Below are positions 9,144 through 18,301 of a stretch of 64,000 nucleotides of DNA, piece by piece. The notes under the pieces were generated by a model. That model was not told the DNA's origin. It searched no databases and worked only from the letters and a program-made list of their open reading frames with translations. Position 1 is the first letter of the stretch. Each line of letters starts with the position of its first letter. The translations under genes and the position numbers were made by a program. Location: NCBI GenBank assembly GCA_964252075.1, contig CAXULY010000027.1, forward strand, positions 1-64,000. The letters are read 5' to 3'. Source of the DNA: an uncultured Deinococcaceae bacterium. Lineage in GTDB: Bacteria; Deinococcota; Deinococci; Deinococcales; Deinococcaceae.

Positions 9144-10844
9144 ATGACGCTCGGCAGTCGACCCCCAGGCGGTCTGGGCGGCCCCAGCACGCCCGGCAAG
9201 AGCGCGTACCAGAGCTGGCTCGACGCAGGCAACACCGGCACCGAAGCGCAGTTCCTGGCGGCCATCAAAGGCAAGAGCGCGTACGAACTGTGGCTCGCCG
9301 CGGGGAACAGCGGCACGCAGTTACAGTTCCTGGCGAGTCTGGCTGGAAAGAGTGCCTATCAGACCTGGCTGGATGCGGGCAACACGGGCACGCAGGCGCA
9401 GTTCCTGGCGTCCCTGAACGGCACGAACGGCAAGAGTGCGTACCAGAGCTGGCTGGATGCTGGGAACACCGGCACCGAAGCGCAGTGGGTGGCGAGCATG
9501 CAGGGCGGCCTGTGGCGTTCCGGTGCGGGCGCGCCCAGCAACGCCCTCGGCAAGGATGGCGACCTGTACGCCAATACGCTGACCTACGACGTGTACATGC
9601 GCGCGGGCGGCACGTACAGCGTCATCATGAACATCAAGGGCCAGTCCGGCCTGGTGGACCGGGGCGCGTGGGCGGCGAGCACCGCCTATGCCGCCGGTGA
9701 CCTCGTGAGTTACCAGAACGCCCTCTACACCGCGCTCACCGCGCACACGAGCGGCGCGACGTTCGACGCCACCAAATGGATGGTGCGCTTCACCACGCCC
9801 GACCCGAACATCGTCACGACCCTCGACCACAGCGCCATCCCCGCGGACCGCTTCGTCATGACCGCGCCCGGCAGCACGACACTGGAGGAGGCGCAGCCGT
9901 GGCCGCTCGACCTCGCGGACGCCACCCTGTACTACAAGGACCCCTCGGGCATCCTGCGCCGCCCGAACGTCACGGTCATCCCGAACGCACCGGGGGGCGG
10001 CGCGGCCGCGTCGCGCATCATCCTGATCGACAAGCCGCTGCCCAACAGCCCGAACTACAGCGTGGTGACGCCTGCCGTGGCCGCCGCCATGCAGCCCACC
10101 GTGACGAACGCGGTGAAGGAACTGGGCACCATCGGTGCGGGCCAGTTCTCGTTCACGGACCGCCCGCCCCTGGCGGTCGTGGACACCAGTCTCACGCCCG
10201 TCAAGGATGACCTCACCACCTACACGCAGGGCAGCACCACGTCCATCCAGGGCATCTTCACGTCGCAGGGCGCGGCGCTCACCCAGACGCTGCTGGTCGG
10301 GAACAACGAGACGGCGTTCACGTCCACGCTGTTCCTGCGCATCAACGGCGGCGGCACCAGCGGCCTGCACGTCGTGACGCGCGAGGACACCGCCACCATG
10401 GTGGACGGCGCCGAAGAGGTGCTGATCAAGCCGGACACCACCGGCGGCTTCAGCGCCATCAACATCTTCGCGCGCTTCACGAACCCCGGCGGCACCGGCA
10501 CCGAGTCCGCGCTGGTGCTGCGCCTCACGACGGGCGGCCTGAGCCTCTGGACGCTCACCGCTGGAGGCGTGTGGACGCAGCTCAAGAATCCCGCGGGCAC
10601 GAACGCCACGTACAGCACGCCCATCGCGCAGGGCACCGGCTACCGCGTGACCTGGCAGTGGGCGGGCACGAAGGTCCGCGCCAAGATCCGCACGGTGAAC
10701 GGCGCGGACACGGGCTGGCAGGTGCGCGGCTGGCAGAGCACCGTGCTGGGCGCGGGCAAGATCGGCTGGGGCAACGACATCGGGTACACCAAGGTGGGCC
10801 AGCACAGCATCGTGCGCTCCGCGGACCTGCCGCCGGCGGCCTGA
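9144..10844 (+). CDS. Tail fibre with tandem repeats and a CBM5/12-like module
   Basis: 4x GKSAYxxWLxAGNxGTxxQF/W repeats; GAGAPSNALGKDGDLY; WAASTAYAAGDLVSYQNALY. Confidence 0.8.
   Translation: MTLGSRPPGGLGGPSTPGKSAYQSWLDAGNTGTEAQFLAAIKGKSAYELWLAAGNSGTQLQFLASLAGKSAYQTWLDAGNTGTQAQFLASLNGTNGKSAYQSWLDAGNTGTEAQWVASMQGGLWRSGAGAPSNALGKDGDLYANTLTYDVYMRAGGTYSVIMNIKGQSGLVDRGAWAASTAYAAGDLVSYQNALYTALTAHTSGATFDATKWMVRFTTPDPNIVTTLDHSAIPADRFVMTAPGSTTLEEAQPWPLDLADATLYYKDPSGILRRPNVTVIPNAPGGGAAASRIILIDKPLPNSPNYSVVTPAVAAAMQPTVTNAVKELGTIGAGQFSFTDRPPLAVVDTSLTPVKDDLTTYTQGSTTSIQGIFTSQGAALTQTLLVGNNETAFTSTLFLRINGGGTSGLHVVTREDTATMVDGAEEVLIKPDTTGGFSAINIFARFTNPGGTGTESALVLRLTTGGLSLWTLTAGGVWTQLKNPAGTNATYSTPIAQGTGYRVTWQWAGTKVRAKIRTVNGADTGWQVRGWQSTVLGAGKIGWGNDIGYTKVGQHSIVRSADLPPAA
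9195..9500 (+). repeat. Four intragenic tandem repeats of about 75-84 bp
   Basis: Recurrent GGCAAGAG(C/T)GC(G/C)TA...TGGCT...GG(C/G)AACA unit. Confidence 0.9.
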
Positions 10845-10845
10845 C

Positions 10846-12462
10846 ATGGCGGTGGACCTGTACCTGCAGCTGAACCCGCCCGGCGTAAGCCCGCCCTTCT
10901 ACCTCGCGCCGAACCCCGCGACCGCCTACAGGCGCTACGGGCTGCGCGGCTTCCTTCCGTGCGCCCTCACCGACGACTTCGCGCTGATGTTCGACCGGGC
11001 GACGCTGCGCATCGTGGAGCGCCGCGCGCTCGGCATCGGCGTGGTCATCGTGGTGCCGCCGCCCCCACCCCCAACCACGGATGTGGTGTGGGACACCCCG
11101 GCCGCCGTCAACCAGCAGATCGCGGCGGCCATGGCAGCGAAGCAACCGACGATCACCTTCACCGGGGTGAACCTGGAGAGTCCACCCACCGCGATGGCGA
11201 ACCGCAGCGCGCTGGTCGTCATGGGGAACTTCAACCCCACGAAGGTCATCTTCATCGACAGCCGCTTCCGCGGCTCCGGCTCGCTGTTCGCGGGCTTCGG
11301 TCAGCGCCTGAAGCTCGTGAACTGCCAGCTGGAGAGCGTCGTGCACAACCAGCGCGGCGTCGATCAGGGGCGCCTCGTGAACGCGCTGGACTGCCGCAGC
11401 CTGGAACTGGAGAACTGCACCGGCATCCGCACCGGGTACGGCCTGTACATCCAGGGCGACGGCAACGACTTCTGGAGCGGCGATTACGCGGCGGGTGACC
11501 GCATCAGCATCCGGCGGTGCAGCTTCCACAACGTGGACGGCCGCCTCCCGGACGGCACCGTCGCGGGCTCGTACATCCAGTCGAACTGGGGGCCGACGCA
11601 GAGCAACAACGCCGGGTACAACGACGCGGGTCGCGTGCTGGGCTGGGGCACCGCGAACTACATCAAGCTGCTGCAGTGCTGCCAGATCGACGGGCTGCTG
11701 ATCGAGGACAACGAGTTCATCAGCGACATCGCGCTGAGCAAGGGCGAGGACATGCTCGCCGCCTTCGGCGGCAGTGGCGCCACGCAGGCCTACCCGGGCG
11801 CCATCCGGAACAACTTCGTGGTGAACACGGGCGGCTGGGACTGGAACTACGTGCCGGGAGTGAGCACCAGCTACAACATCGGCCAGGAGATCACCCTGAA
11901 CGCCGAGGGTCCGCAGACGCCCAGCAGCACCACGTATTCCGGGACGAGCATCATCACGGACAACTTCAACACCGACGTGTTCCTGAAGAACCCCAGCTAC
12001 CTGGACATCGACAGCAACGTGTCCGTCGGCGGGCGCCCGTACGTCACGCTGCAGGCCGGGCACCACAACACCGTGCGGAACAACATCATGCTGCCGCCGT
12101 ACTTCGCGTTCGACGGCGTCACGCCCTTCAGCGGCACCCGGAGCGGCATTTACCAGATGACCGAGCCGGGCGTGAAGGTCAACGGCGTGACGGTCCGCGA
12201 CCTGAAGGCCGCGGACACCGGCCAGTACATCTGGTCGGACAACGCCTTCCGCGGGAACGTCCTGATGGACCTCGCGGTGGGCGCGGCGGACACCACGCTC
12301 GGCGTGCCGTCCTCCATCCTCGTGCGCGGCGACGCCTCGCAGAGCTTCGGCAACCTGCACCGCGCGCGGCACACCGACGGCGGGCAGCAGCTGTACCGCG
12401 AGTGGAAGGCGCGCAACACCGCCCGCGGCGTCACGGTGGGTAGCAGCCTGCCCACGTACTGA
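10846..12462 (+). CDS. Right-handed beta-helix protein (possible depolymerase or receptor-binding protein)
   Basis: ISIRRCSFHN, LLIEDNEF, IRNNFV and VRNNIM beta-helix-type repeats; Pro linker. Confidence 0.7.
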   Translation: MAVDLYLQLNPPGVSPPFYLAPNPATAYRRYGLRGFLPCALTDDFALMFDRATLRIVERRALGIGVVIVVPPPPPPTTDVVWDTPAAVNQQIAAAMAAKQPTITFTGVNLESPPTAMANRSALVVMGNFNPTKVIFIDSRFRGSGSLFAGFGQRLKLVNCQLESVVHNQRGVDQGRLVNALDCRSLELENCTGIRTGYGLYIQGDGNDFWSGDYAAGDRISIRRCSFHNVDGRLPDGTVAGSYIQSNWGPTQSNNAGYNDAGRVLGWGTANYIKLLQCCQIDGLLIEDNEFISDIALSKGEDMLAAFGGSGATQAYPGAIRNNFVVNTGGWDWNYVPGVSTSYNIGQEITLNAEGPQTPSSTTYSGTSIITDNFNTDVFLKNPSYLDIDSNVSVGGRPYVTLQAGHHNTVRNNIMLPPYFAFDGVTPFSGTRSGIYQMTEPGVKVNGVTVRDLKAADTGQYIWSDNAFRGNVLMDLAVGAADTTLGVPSSILVRGDASQSFGNLHRARHTDGGQQLYREWKARNTARGVTVGSSLPTY

Positions 12463-12473
12463 CAGGAGGGCTT

Positions 12474-12710
12474 ATGGCCAAGATCAAGAGCGCCGAGATC
12501 CAGCGCCTCATCACCGAGGGCCAGCAGCGGTTCTGCGGCCTGGACATCGACACGTCGAGCGGCCCCATCACGCTGTCAGGAGCCGGGCGGGTGGAGTTCA
12601 TCGACTGCCGGATGGGTTGCGAGCAGCCCACCAGTCAACACCTCGTTCAGAACTTCTTTTTCAGCGGAAGTGGCTGGGACTGGAATCACGCGCCCGGCGC
12701 TCACACCTGA
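12474..12710 (+). pseudogene. Short remnant paralogous to the preceding beta-helix gene
   Basis: QNFFFSGSGWDWNHAPG matches NNFVVNTGGWDWNYVPG; strong RBS. Confidence 0.5.
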
Positions 12711-12814
12711 CCTCAACCCGTCCCCCCTTCCGCGTTGGGTTGGCGATCGCCAGGACCAGCGCGGATCCAAACCACTCGAACGCCAGGCGCGGCTCGCGCC
12801 TGGCCGGAGGTTTT

Positions 12815-13240
12815 ATGAACAACTCGAACCTGCTGAACCTGATCACCGCATCGATGCTCGCGGGTGGCGCGACGCCACTCCAGGAGGAGAAGCTCGGCGC
12901 GTGGGTGGACAAGCACGTGCCGGCCCTCCTGCAGGACGCGAACGCGGTCCTGCACAACTTCGGCTGGTCCGCCGTGACGACGCTGGTGGACGAGGCGGTG
13001 CGCGCCGTGCAGGACCTCAAGGACCTGTTCGTCGGCGTGGACCGCGCGAAGATCGCCGCGACCACCGTGCTGTACGTGATCGACCTGGTGCTGCCCGAGC
13101 CGGCCCGCAGCTGGGTGCAGCCGCTGTTGACGGACGAGGTGCTGGCGGGGCTGATCGAGGCCGCGTACCGCCGTCTGTTCGGTGCGGGTCCAGCACCGGT
13201 CCTGGACGACCCGAGCGTGAAGCCTGGAGGCCTGGAGTGA
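12815..13240 (+). CDS. Hypothetical helical protein
   Basis: GGAGG RBS; GC3-biased codons. Confidence 0.7.
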   Translation: MNNSNLLNLITASMLAGGATPLQEEKLGAWVDKHVPALLQDANAVLHNFGWSAVTTLVDEAVRAVQDLKDLFVGVDRAKIAATTVLYVIDLVLPEPARSWVQPLLTDEVLAGLIEAAYRRLFGAGPAPVLDDPSVKPGGLE

Positions 13241-13626
13241 AGCGCCTGGCGCTGCTGGTCCTGAGTGCGGCCATGCTCGCCGCGTGCGCGCCCCGCGTGA
13301 CGGGAGATCCGGCCCTGCAGGCGGCCCTTGCCGCCGGGCAAGGCGACCCGGCCACCTTCACCCTCGCGAGCGGTCCGCAGCGCGCCCTGCTGGCTGTGGG
13401 CGCCAAAGAGGCCTATCTGGACCGCATCGACATCACCGGTGGTGCGCTGCGCCTGAACGACGACCGCTGCAAGGCGCCGGAGACGACCCTCGTGCGCTGC
13501 ACGTATGGCGGCCTGCTCGTGCCGGGCGGAGGTGCGTTCGGGCAGGGCGTGAACGGCGACGTGCTGCACGGCACGGTGTGGTACCACCGCACCCCGGACG
13601 GCCCCGAACTCGCCAAGCAGTTCTGA
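13237..13626 (+). CDS. Lipoprotein
   Basis: Lipobox MLAAC after a hydrophobic signal. Confidence 0.8.
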   Translation: MKRLALLVLSAAMLAACAPRVTGDPALQAALAAGQGDPATFTLASGPQRALLAVGAKEAYLDRIDITGGALRLNDDRCKAPETTLVRCTYGGLLVPGGGAFGQGVNGDVLHGTVWYHRTPDGPELAKQF

Positions 13627-13694
13627 TCAGCAGCGTCCACAGCGGCAATGACTGTGGACGCTGTCATTTTCAGGCGGTGCAATATAACTTTTCT

Positions 13695-14657
13695 GTGTCT
13701 AGTACCAAAGACTGGAAAAAGCACTTGTTGGCCTCTGGGTTGCCTCTAGAACACTCGGTTGCGGCAATATTAAGGAGTAAAGGGTACCTGAATCAGCTGG
13801 AATATGGCTATGTGAAATACAATGAAGACGGCGTTACTTCAGAATCATCGATTGACATTAGGGCGGTACAAAGGAATGATTTAAAACGTTTTGTAACCGT
13901 CCTTATGGTTGAGTGTAAATATAGATCCCCAGATACGATGTGGGTTTTCTTGCCAGATACAACAATTCCGCCCTTTAACAGGCGAGAAAATATAATTCAC
14001 GATAACAACATGTACGCGGAATCGTACCTTGTCGTTCCGCACGAAGCACAATCTATTTCGGGTGATGACTATGTTCTTCGCGGCATCGAACTAAAACTCG
14101 ATGGTAAAAACCCTGCATCAATCACAAAAGGTATTTCTCAATTGAGATATGCCAGTCTAGAGAACTCAATTCAGCAAACACTGACTAATATTAGATTATC
14201 CACAGATCTATATATTGGCACAAGGTTTCCATCCGCATGTGTGCAAATTTTAGTGACGACTGCGCCTTTGAGAACGCTAAAACAAGAAACAGATATTTCT
14301 CAAATTGCTGATGCTTCTTCGATTGAAGAGGTTACAAATGAGCATCCATACGTAATTTTGAAACTTCCACCAGACGCTTTGTTCACCTTTAACGCTCGCA
14401 GAAGATATGAAGATACACTTTCAGTTAAAGCACTCAATTCGATAGATATATCGCGTCAGGTTAGCAACGCTAGGGCAACTTCTGCTATAATAAACACCGA
14501 AGATTTTATAAATCATATCACCACATTTCATCCTAGAGTGTTCGTCATAGTTAATCAAGTTCATTTTTCCGATTTCCTTAACAAGCTTGATGAAGAACTG
14601 GAGAGATTGAGTGTGCTCTCGCCAGAGCGGGCTCGTGAATTGCACCGCGTAAGGTGA
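13695..14657 (+). CDS. AT-rich PD-(D/E)xK nuclease-like protein
   Basis: SGLPLE, SIDIRA and VECK motifs; abrupt drop in GC. Confidence 0.7.
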   Translation: MSSTKDWKKHLLASGLPLEHSVAAILRSKGYLNQLEYGYVKYNEDGVTSESSIDIRAVQRNDLKRFVTVLMVECKYRSPDTMWVFLPDTTIPPFNRRENIIHDNNMYAESYLVVPHEAQSISGDDYVLRGIELKLDGKNPASITKGISQLRYASLENSIQQTLTNIRLSTDLYIGTRFPSACVQILVTTAPLRTLKQETDISQIADASSIEEVTNEHPYVILKLPPDALFTFNARRRYEDTLSVKALNSIDISRQVSNARATSAIINTEDFINHITTFHPRVFVIVNQVHFSDFLNKLDEELERLSVLSPERARELHRVR

Positions 14658-14672
14658 AATCGTTGTTGTAAT

Positions 14673-14936
14673 TCACCAGCGCAACAGGCTTGTGTCGTAC
14701 CAGTGCTGCGCGGCGTCCTGGTCTTCGTCGGTGAACTCATCACTCATGTCGAAGGTCCGGAGCCAGGCGTCGAGCACCTGCTGCGCCAGCTCCGGCTTGC
14801 TGCGCAGGTAGATGGTCACCTGCACCTGCAGGTCCTGGCTGGCGCGGCCGCTGAAGTCCCCCATGTCGGCCATGTAGATCTCGCTGACCAGCTCGGCCAG
14901 GTCCTCGGGCGTCAGCTCAAAGAGGCGCACGATCAC
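14673..14936 (-). CDS. Small acidic hypothetical protein
   Basis: GAGGAGG RBS before GTG. Confidence 0.65.
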   Translation of the reverse strand: MIVRLFELTPEDLAELVSEIYMADMGDFSGRASQDLQVQVTIYLRSKPELAQQVLDAWLRTFDMSDEFTDEDQDAAQHWYDTSLLRW

Positions 14937-15126
14937 ACGATACGGCCTCCTCACCTGGCCATGTTTTTGGGCTGCATCGTGTGGCGTCGTGGGTACAGTG
15001 GAGGTGGCGATCTGGAGAGCTCCAACGCCAGGGGGCCACCCACCGGGGGTGGCCCTTCGTGCGACTCGCTGCAGTTGCAGATGCCCCATGGGTCAGCCGC
15101 GCGTTGTTCCCGTCGTACCATGAGGC

Positions 15127-15576
15127 ATGACGCCGTTGCACGTGCTGCTGGTGGACGACGACGCCAGCGAACGGATGCTGGTGGAGCTGCTGCTGAAAGA
15201 CCAGGCGCAGGCGTGCACCTTCACAGGCGTGGCGGACGGTCACGCCGCCCTGCGCTTCCTGGAGGACGCCGCCGTCCTACCGGACCTGATCCTGCTGGAC
15301 CTTGAGATGCCCGGCATGGACGGCTTCGAAGTGTTGGCGCACCTCAAGGCCCACCCGGCGTGGCGCTTGATTCCCGTGGCGATCCTGACCGTGAACGAGC
15401 GCGATGAGGACGTGCAGCGGGCGTACGACCTGCACGCCAGCGGGTTCCTGTGCAAGCCGGTCCACCCGCTGCGGGCCCGGCAGCAGATGGCGGCGCTGCT
15501 GACCTTCTGGGTGGGTTCGACCCTGCCCACCCGCCTGGCAGCTCGGCGTCTGCAGGACCTTCGTCGGCCAGATTGA
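15127..15576 (+). CDS. Stand-alone response regulator receiver (CheY/Rcp1-like)
   Basis: LLVDDD, LILLDLEMPGMDG, ILT and KP motifs. Confidence 0.92.
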   Translation: MTPLHVLLVDDDASERMLVELLLKDQAQACTFTGVADGHAALRFLEDAAVLPDLILLDLEMPGMDGFEVLAHLKAHPAWRLIPVAILTVNERDEDVQRAYDLHASGFLCKPVHPLRARQQMAALLTFWVGSTLPTRLAARRLQDLRRPD

Positions 15577-15654
15577 TGTGGGATGAGACGAAAGGTGTCC
15601 TTTTGTTTGGGAAACTTGTGGTCGGAACGGATGCGTTTGAACTTAGCCTGAGGC

Positions 15655-15873
15655 ATGACGAACGTGGAGGCCAAAGCCATTCGACCGGTCGATCTGACGC
15701 GCGCGGCCGACCTGTTCGTGATTGAGATGGAGCAGGGCGACGCGCCGATCAAACCAGGGCATCAGGTGGAGTTCAACGGCCAGCGCTTCAAGGTGGTGGG
15801 CATCCTGCACTTTGGGGACGGGCAGGGGCCGGTGCTGCTGGGGGAACTGCTGCCGGAGGGGCCTCAGGCCTGA
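15655..15873 (+). CDS. Small protein of the VVGILxxGDGxGP family (copy 1)
   Basis: Motif shared with 47108-47320 and 47453-47680; leaderless TAGCCT box. Confidence 0.75.
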   Translation: MTNVEAKAIRPVDLTRAADLFVIEMEQGDAPIKPGHQVEFNGQRFKVVGILHFGDGQGPVLLGELLPEGPQA

Positions 15874-15897
15874 CCGGTCTACACCCGCAGACCATGA

Positions 15898-15933
15898 AGC
15901 GCGGCCCCACACCCGATGGTGTGGGGCCGCGCT
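15898..15933. terminator. Hairpin between convergent genes
   Basis: 16-bp perfect stem AGCGCGGCCCCACACC/GGTGTGGGGCCGCGCT. Confidence 0.75.
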
Positions 15934-15942
15934 CTGGTGAAG

Positions 15943-16383
15943 TCAGCCGGTGGTGGCGCGCGCGGCCTGCAGGAGCGCCTGGGCGGTCACCTGGGCGCCG
16001 GTGCCGGGCTTCTGCCGGGCGAGCCACGCGTCGATGGCGGCGAGTTCCTCGGGCGTGCCAGTGACGCGCAGGAGCTTCGAGGTCTTCCCGGTCGCCTTGC
16101 GCCCGGCGCCGGGGCGGCGGCCGCCGTGGGTGTTCTTGGGGTGCGTATCGAAGTGGCGCTGGAGGTTGTGCCAGGTGTCGGAGTGCTGGCCCCACACGCG
16201 CGCGAAGGCGTCGGCGGCTTTGGGGGTGACGCTGGCGGTGCCGTCGAGCAGGCCCTGGATGAGCTTGACGGGGAGGCCGAGCTGGCGGGCGGCGGCGGCA
16301 GGCGTGAGGTCGCGGGCGTCCAGTTCGCGGGCGAGGATGGCGCCGGGGTGGACGGGGTTGCGGGTGGTGGTGATCTGGGTCAT
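15943..16383 (-). CDS. higA: HigA-family antitoxin with a C-terminal extension
   Basis: PVHPGAIL, HTH, WHNLQ; extra HGGRRPGAGRK domain. Confidence 0.85.
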   Translation of the reverse strand: MTQITTTRNPVHPGAILARELDARDLTPAAAARQLGLPVKLIQGLLDGTASVTPKAADAFARVWGQHSDTWHNLQRHFDTHPKNTHGGRRPGAGRKATGKTSKLLRVTGTPEELAAIDAWLARQKPGTGAQVTAQALLQAARATTG

Positions 16384-16402
16384 GGCGCTCCTTCTTGAAA
16401 AG

Positions 16403-16431
16403 AGTATACGGTAATCAATGTCGATTGTCAA
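16403..16431 (-). promoter_or_regulatory. Sigma70 promoter of higA
   Basis: TTGACA-17 bp-TATACT. Confidence 0.85.
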
Positions 16432-16466
16432 CGAGGGGGAAGTGGGGGGCGCGCCCCCCACCCGCC

Positions 16467-16760
16467 CTAGTGGTAGTCCACGATGCGGTCGATGACCAGG
16501 GTGTTCCCGCCCGTGTGCTTCTCGATGGTGAAGATCACGCGGAACTGGCGGTTCAGGCGCGCGCTGCGCTCTTCGGTATCGCCTTGCAGCTGCTCGACGC
16601 GCAGGCCCGTGAAGCCGTAGAGCGCGGCCTCGTGGGGCACGCTCAGCACGAGGGCCACGAACTGCTCGAAGGACGCGGCGACGCCGGGGCCGAACTTGCG
16701 GTCCAGGGTGCCTTGAGCCAACTGGCGGGCGAGTTTGCTGCTGGCGATTCGGATGTTCAT
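16467..16760 (-). CDS. higB: HigB/RelE-family toxin
   Basis: LRVEQLQGD...SARLNRQFRVIF...IVDYH; upstream of higA. Confidence 0.85.
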   Translation of the reverse strand: MNIRIASSKLARQLAQGTLDRKFGPGVAASFEQFVALVLSVPHEAALYGFTGLRVEQLQGDTEERSARLNRQFRVIFTIEKHTGGNTLVIDRIVDYH

Positions 16761-16782
16761 CTGCACCTCCTCTCTTGAAAAT

Positions 16783-16811
16783 AGTATACAAAAATCAAGA
16801 GACAATGTCAA
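16783..16811 (-). promoter_or_regulatory. Sigma70 promoter of higB
   Basis: TTGACA-17 bp-TATACT. Confidence 0.85.
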
Positions 16812-16843
16812 CAGCCGAACGCCCACCACAACATAGAAAAAGA

Positions 16844-16873
16844 TTTGCGGGGTCGCGTGCGACCCCGCAAAAA
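16844..16873 (-). terminator. Intrinsic terminator-like hairpin
   Basis: TTTGCGGGGTCGC/GCGACCCCGCAAA inverted repeat in an A/T-rich context. Confidence 0.7.
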
Positions 16874-16893
16874 CATCTCTGGTTTTTTCTAGA

Positions 16894-17109
16894 TCACGCG
16901 GGCACGTCCCCCACCAGCAGCTCCGCGACGCCATACGGCGCCAGTCCGCTCAGCAGCCGCGCCTCCGCGTGCGCCCGCGTCGGCCCCTGCGCGTCCGGGA
17001 ACACCGTCCGGGGCGGGGTCATCGGGGACAGGTCGAAGGCGCCCCGTAAACCGAGACTCATGTCGGTGAGTCGCACCCAACGACACTGCTGGTCGACGCC
17101 CAGCGTCAT
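16894..17109 (-). CDS. Small hypothetical protein or gene fragment
   Basis: Open frame followed by a terminator. Confidence 0.4.
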   Translation of the reverse strand: MTLGVDQQCRWVRLTDMSLGLRGAFDLSPMTPPRTVFPDAQGPTRAHAEARLLSGLAPYGVAELLVGDVPA

Positions 17110-17173
17110 GTTTCAAGTGTCACGTTGGCGCAGACAAGTGGCCAGCCCGTCACCCCGCTGCGTACCCAGGCCC

Positions 17174-18019
17174 TTAATACATCGGGTTGGGGGTGTCGGC
17201 CACCTCCAGCACCGTCACGACGTCCCCCACCCGCAGCCGCCCGATCCGCTCCGCGAACGGGGCGTCCTGAATCAGGTGCTGCCCGAACGGCACCTTCTTG
17301 TCGCGCAGGCGGGTCCGGGTGAGCGTCCGGAGGGGCTCGGCCCCCATGCGACCGTCCGCCGTCACGTTCACGATGCCGCACCGGGCGCAGCTCTCCACCA
17401 CTTCAAAGCCCACCTCCCCAACGCGAATGCGCCGCCAGCGGTCCTCCTCGCAGGGCGCCAACGCACCGCCCACCACCAGGTTCGGTCGGAAGGTCAAGGC
17501 GGTGACCTGCCGCGGACTGCGGGCATTCAGGTCCGACACCGACGCCTCCGTGACCAGGTGGAAAGGATTGCCGTCCGCGAAACTCAGCATCGAGCGGTAG
17601 GGTTTGCCCTGCTGCCAGCGCTCCACCTCGTCCGGCATATAGATCAGGTCGAAGTCGCCCTGCAGGTAGTCACTCCACCAGCTCCGGGCCTGCGCCGACA
17701 CGGAGCGGCCACTCATGACGTCGTCCCAGACTTCGGCGTGCCGGGACGCCCCCAGCGGCTCGAAGGGCACCGTCAGGGCCGGCATCTGGGGCGCTTCGAG
17801 CCGCAGCCCGCTCACCTCGACGTGAACCCGCACCAAGGCCATGCGCGGGAACTCACGCTGCGTCACCAGCCGCCCCGCTGCATTCACCACCATCCAGCGG
17901 CGGTCCAGGTGCAGGCCGCGCGGTCCGACTTCGGAGGTCATGACCGCAATGCCGCCCGCAGATTTGATGGGGTAGACATACAGCGCATAGAGGGTCAGCG
18001 GCGCGACTGGCGTGGTCAT
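17174..18019 (-). CDS. MOSC-domain protein (YcbX/mARC-like)
   Basis: YPIKS, DRRWMVV, FADG, FRPNLVV and CARC motifs. Confidence 0.93.
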   Translation of the reverse strand: MTTPVAPLTLYALYVYPIKSAGGIAVMTSEVGPRGLHLDRRWMVVNAAGRLVTQREFPRMALVRVHVEVSGLRLEAPQMPALTVPFEPLGASRHAEVWDDVMSGRSVSAQARSWWSDYLQGDFDLIYMPDEVERWQQGKPYRSMLSFADGNPFHLVTEASVSDLNARSPRQVTALTFRPNLVVGGALAPCEEDRWRRIRVGEVGFEVVESCARCGIVNVTADGRMGAEPLRTLTRTRLRDKKVPFGQHLIQDAPFAERIGRLRVGDVVTVLEVADTPNPMY

Positions 18020-18301
18020 GGCGCATGATAGCCATCTCTCGAAGTGCAGCGGGCGGGCGATGCCTGACACGGCCGGCGCGCGACCGTGCCATGCGGGGGC
18101 TCGAGTAGGCCTTGACGGTCAGGTCCTGCAGGACATGAAGGCCTGGACACGCAGCGCAACAGGATAGAAGCGGCTGACGCCACTGGGGTAGACGCTCCAT
18201 GTCCTTCGCCCCCGGACCTTTCATTGAACGGCCAGCATGGTCCAGGCATTCAGCTGATCATCGGCTCCTGCATCCAGGGTCGCGCCCTACGACGACGCCC
18301 A

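Noticed and set aside
9195..9500. Tandem repeats as a CRISPR array
   Set aside because: In-frame protein repeats with synonymous variation and no spacers; no cas genes
7688..12372. Long minus-strand ORFs of 500-600 aa
   Set aside because: Antisense shadows of GC3-rich tail-fibre genes
11810..12700. Similar GWDWN segments as a DGR template/variable repeat pair
   Set aside because: Differences are not adenine-specific and no reverse transcriptase is in the window
12815..13626. Spanin pair
   Set aside because: The lipoprotein fits, but the upstream gene lacks a clear TM anchor plus coiled coil; not supportable
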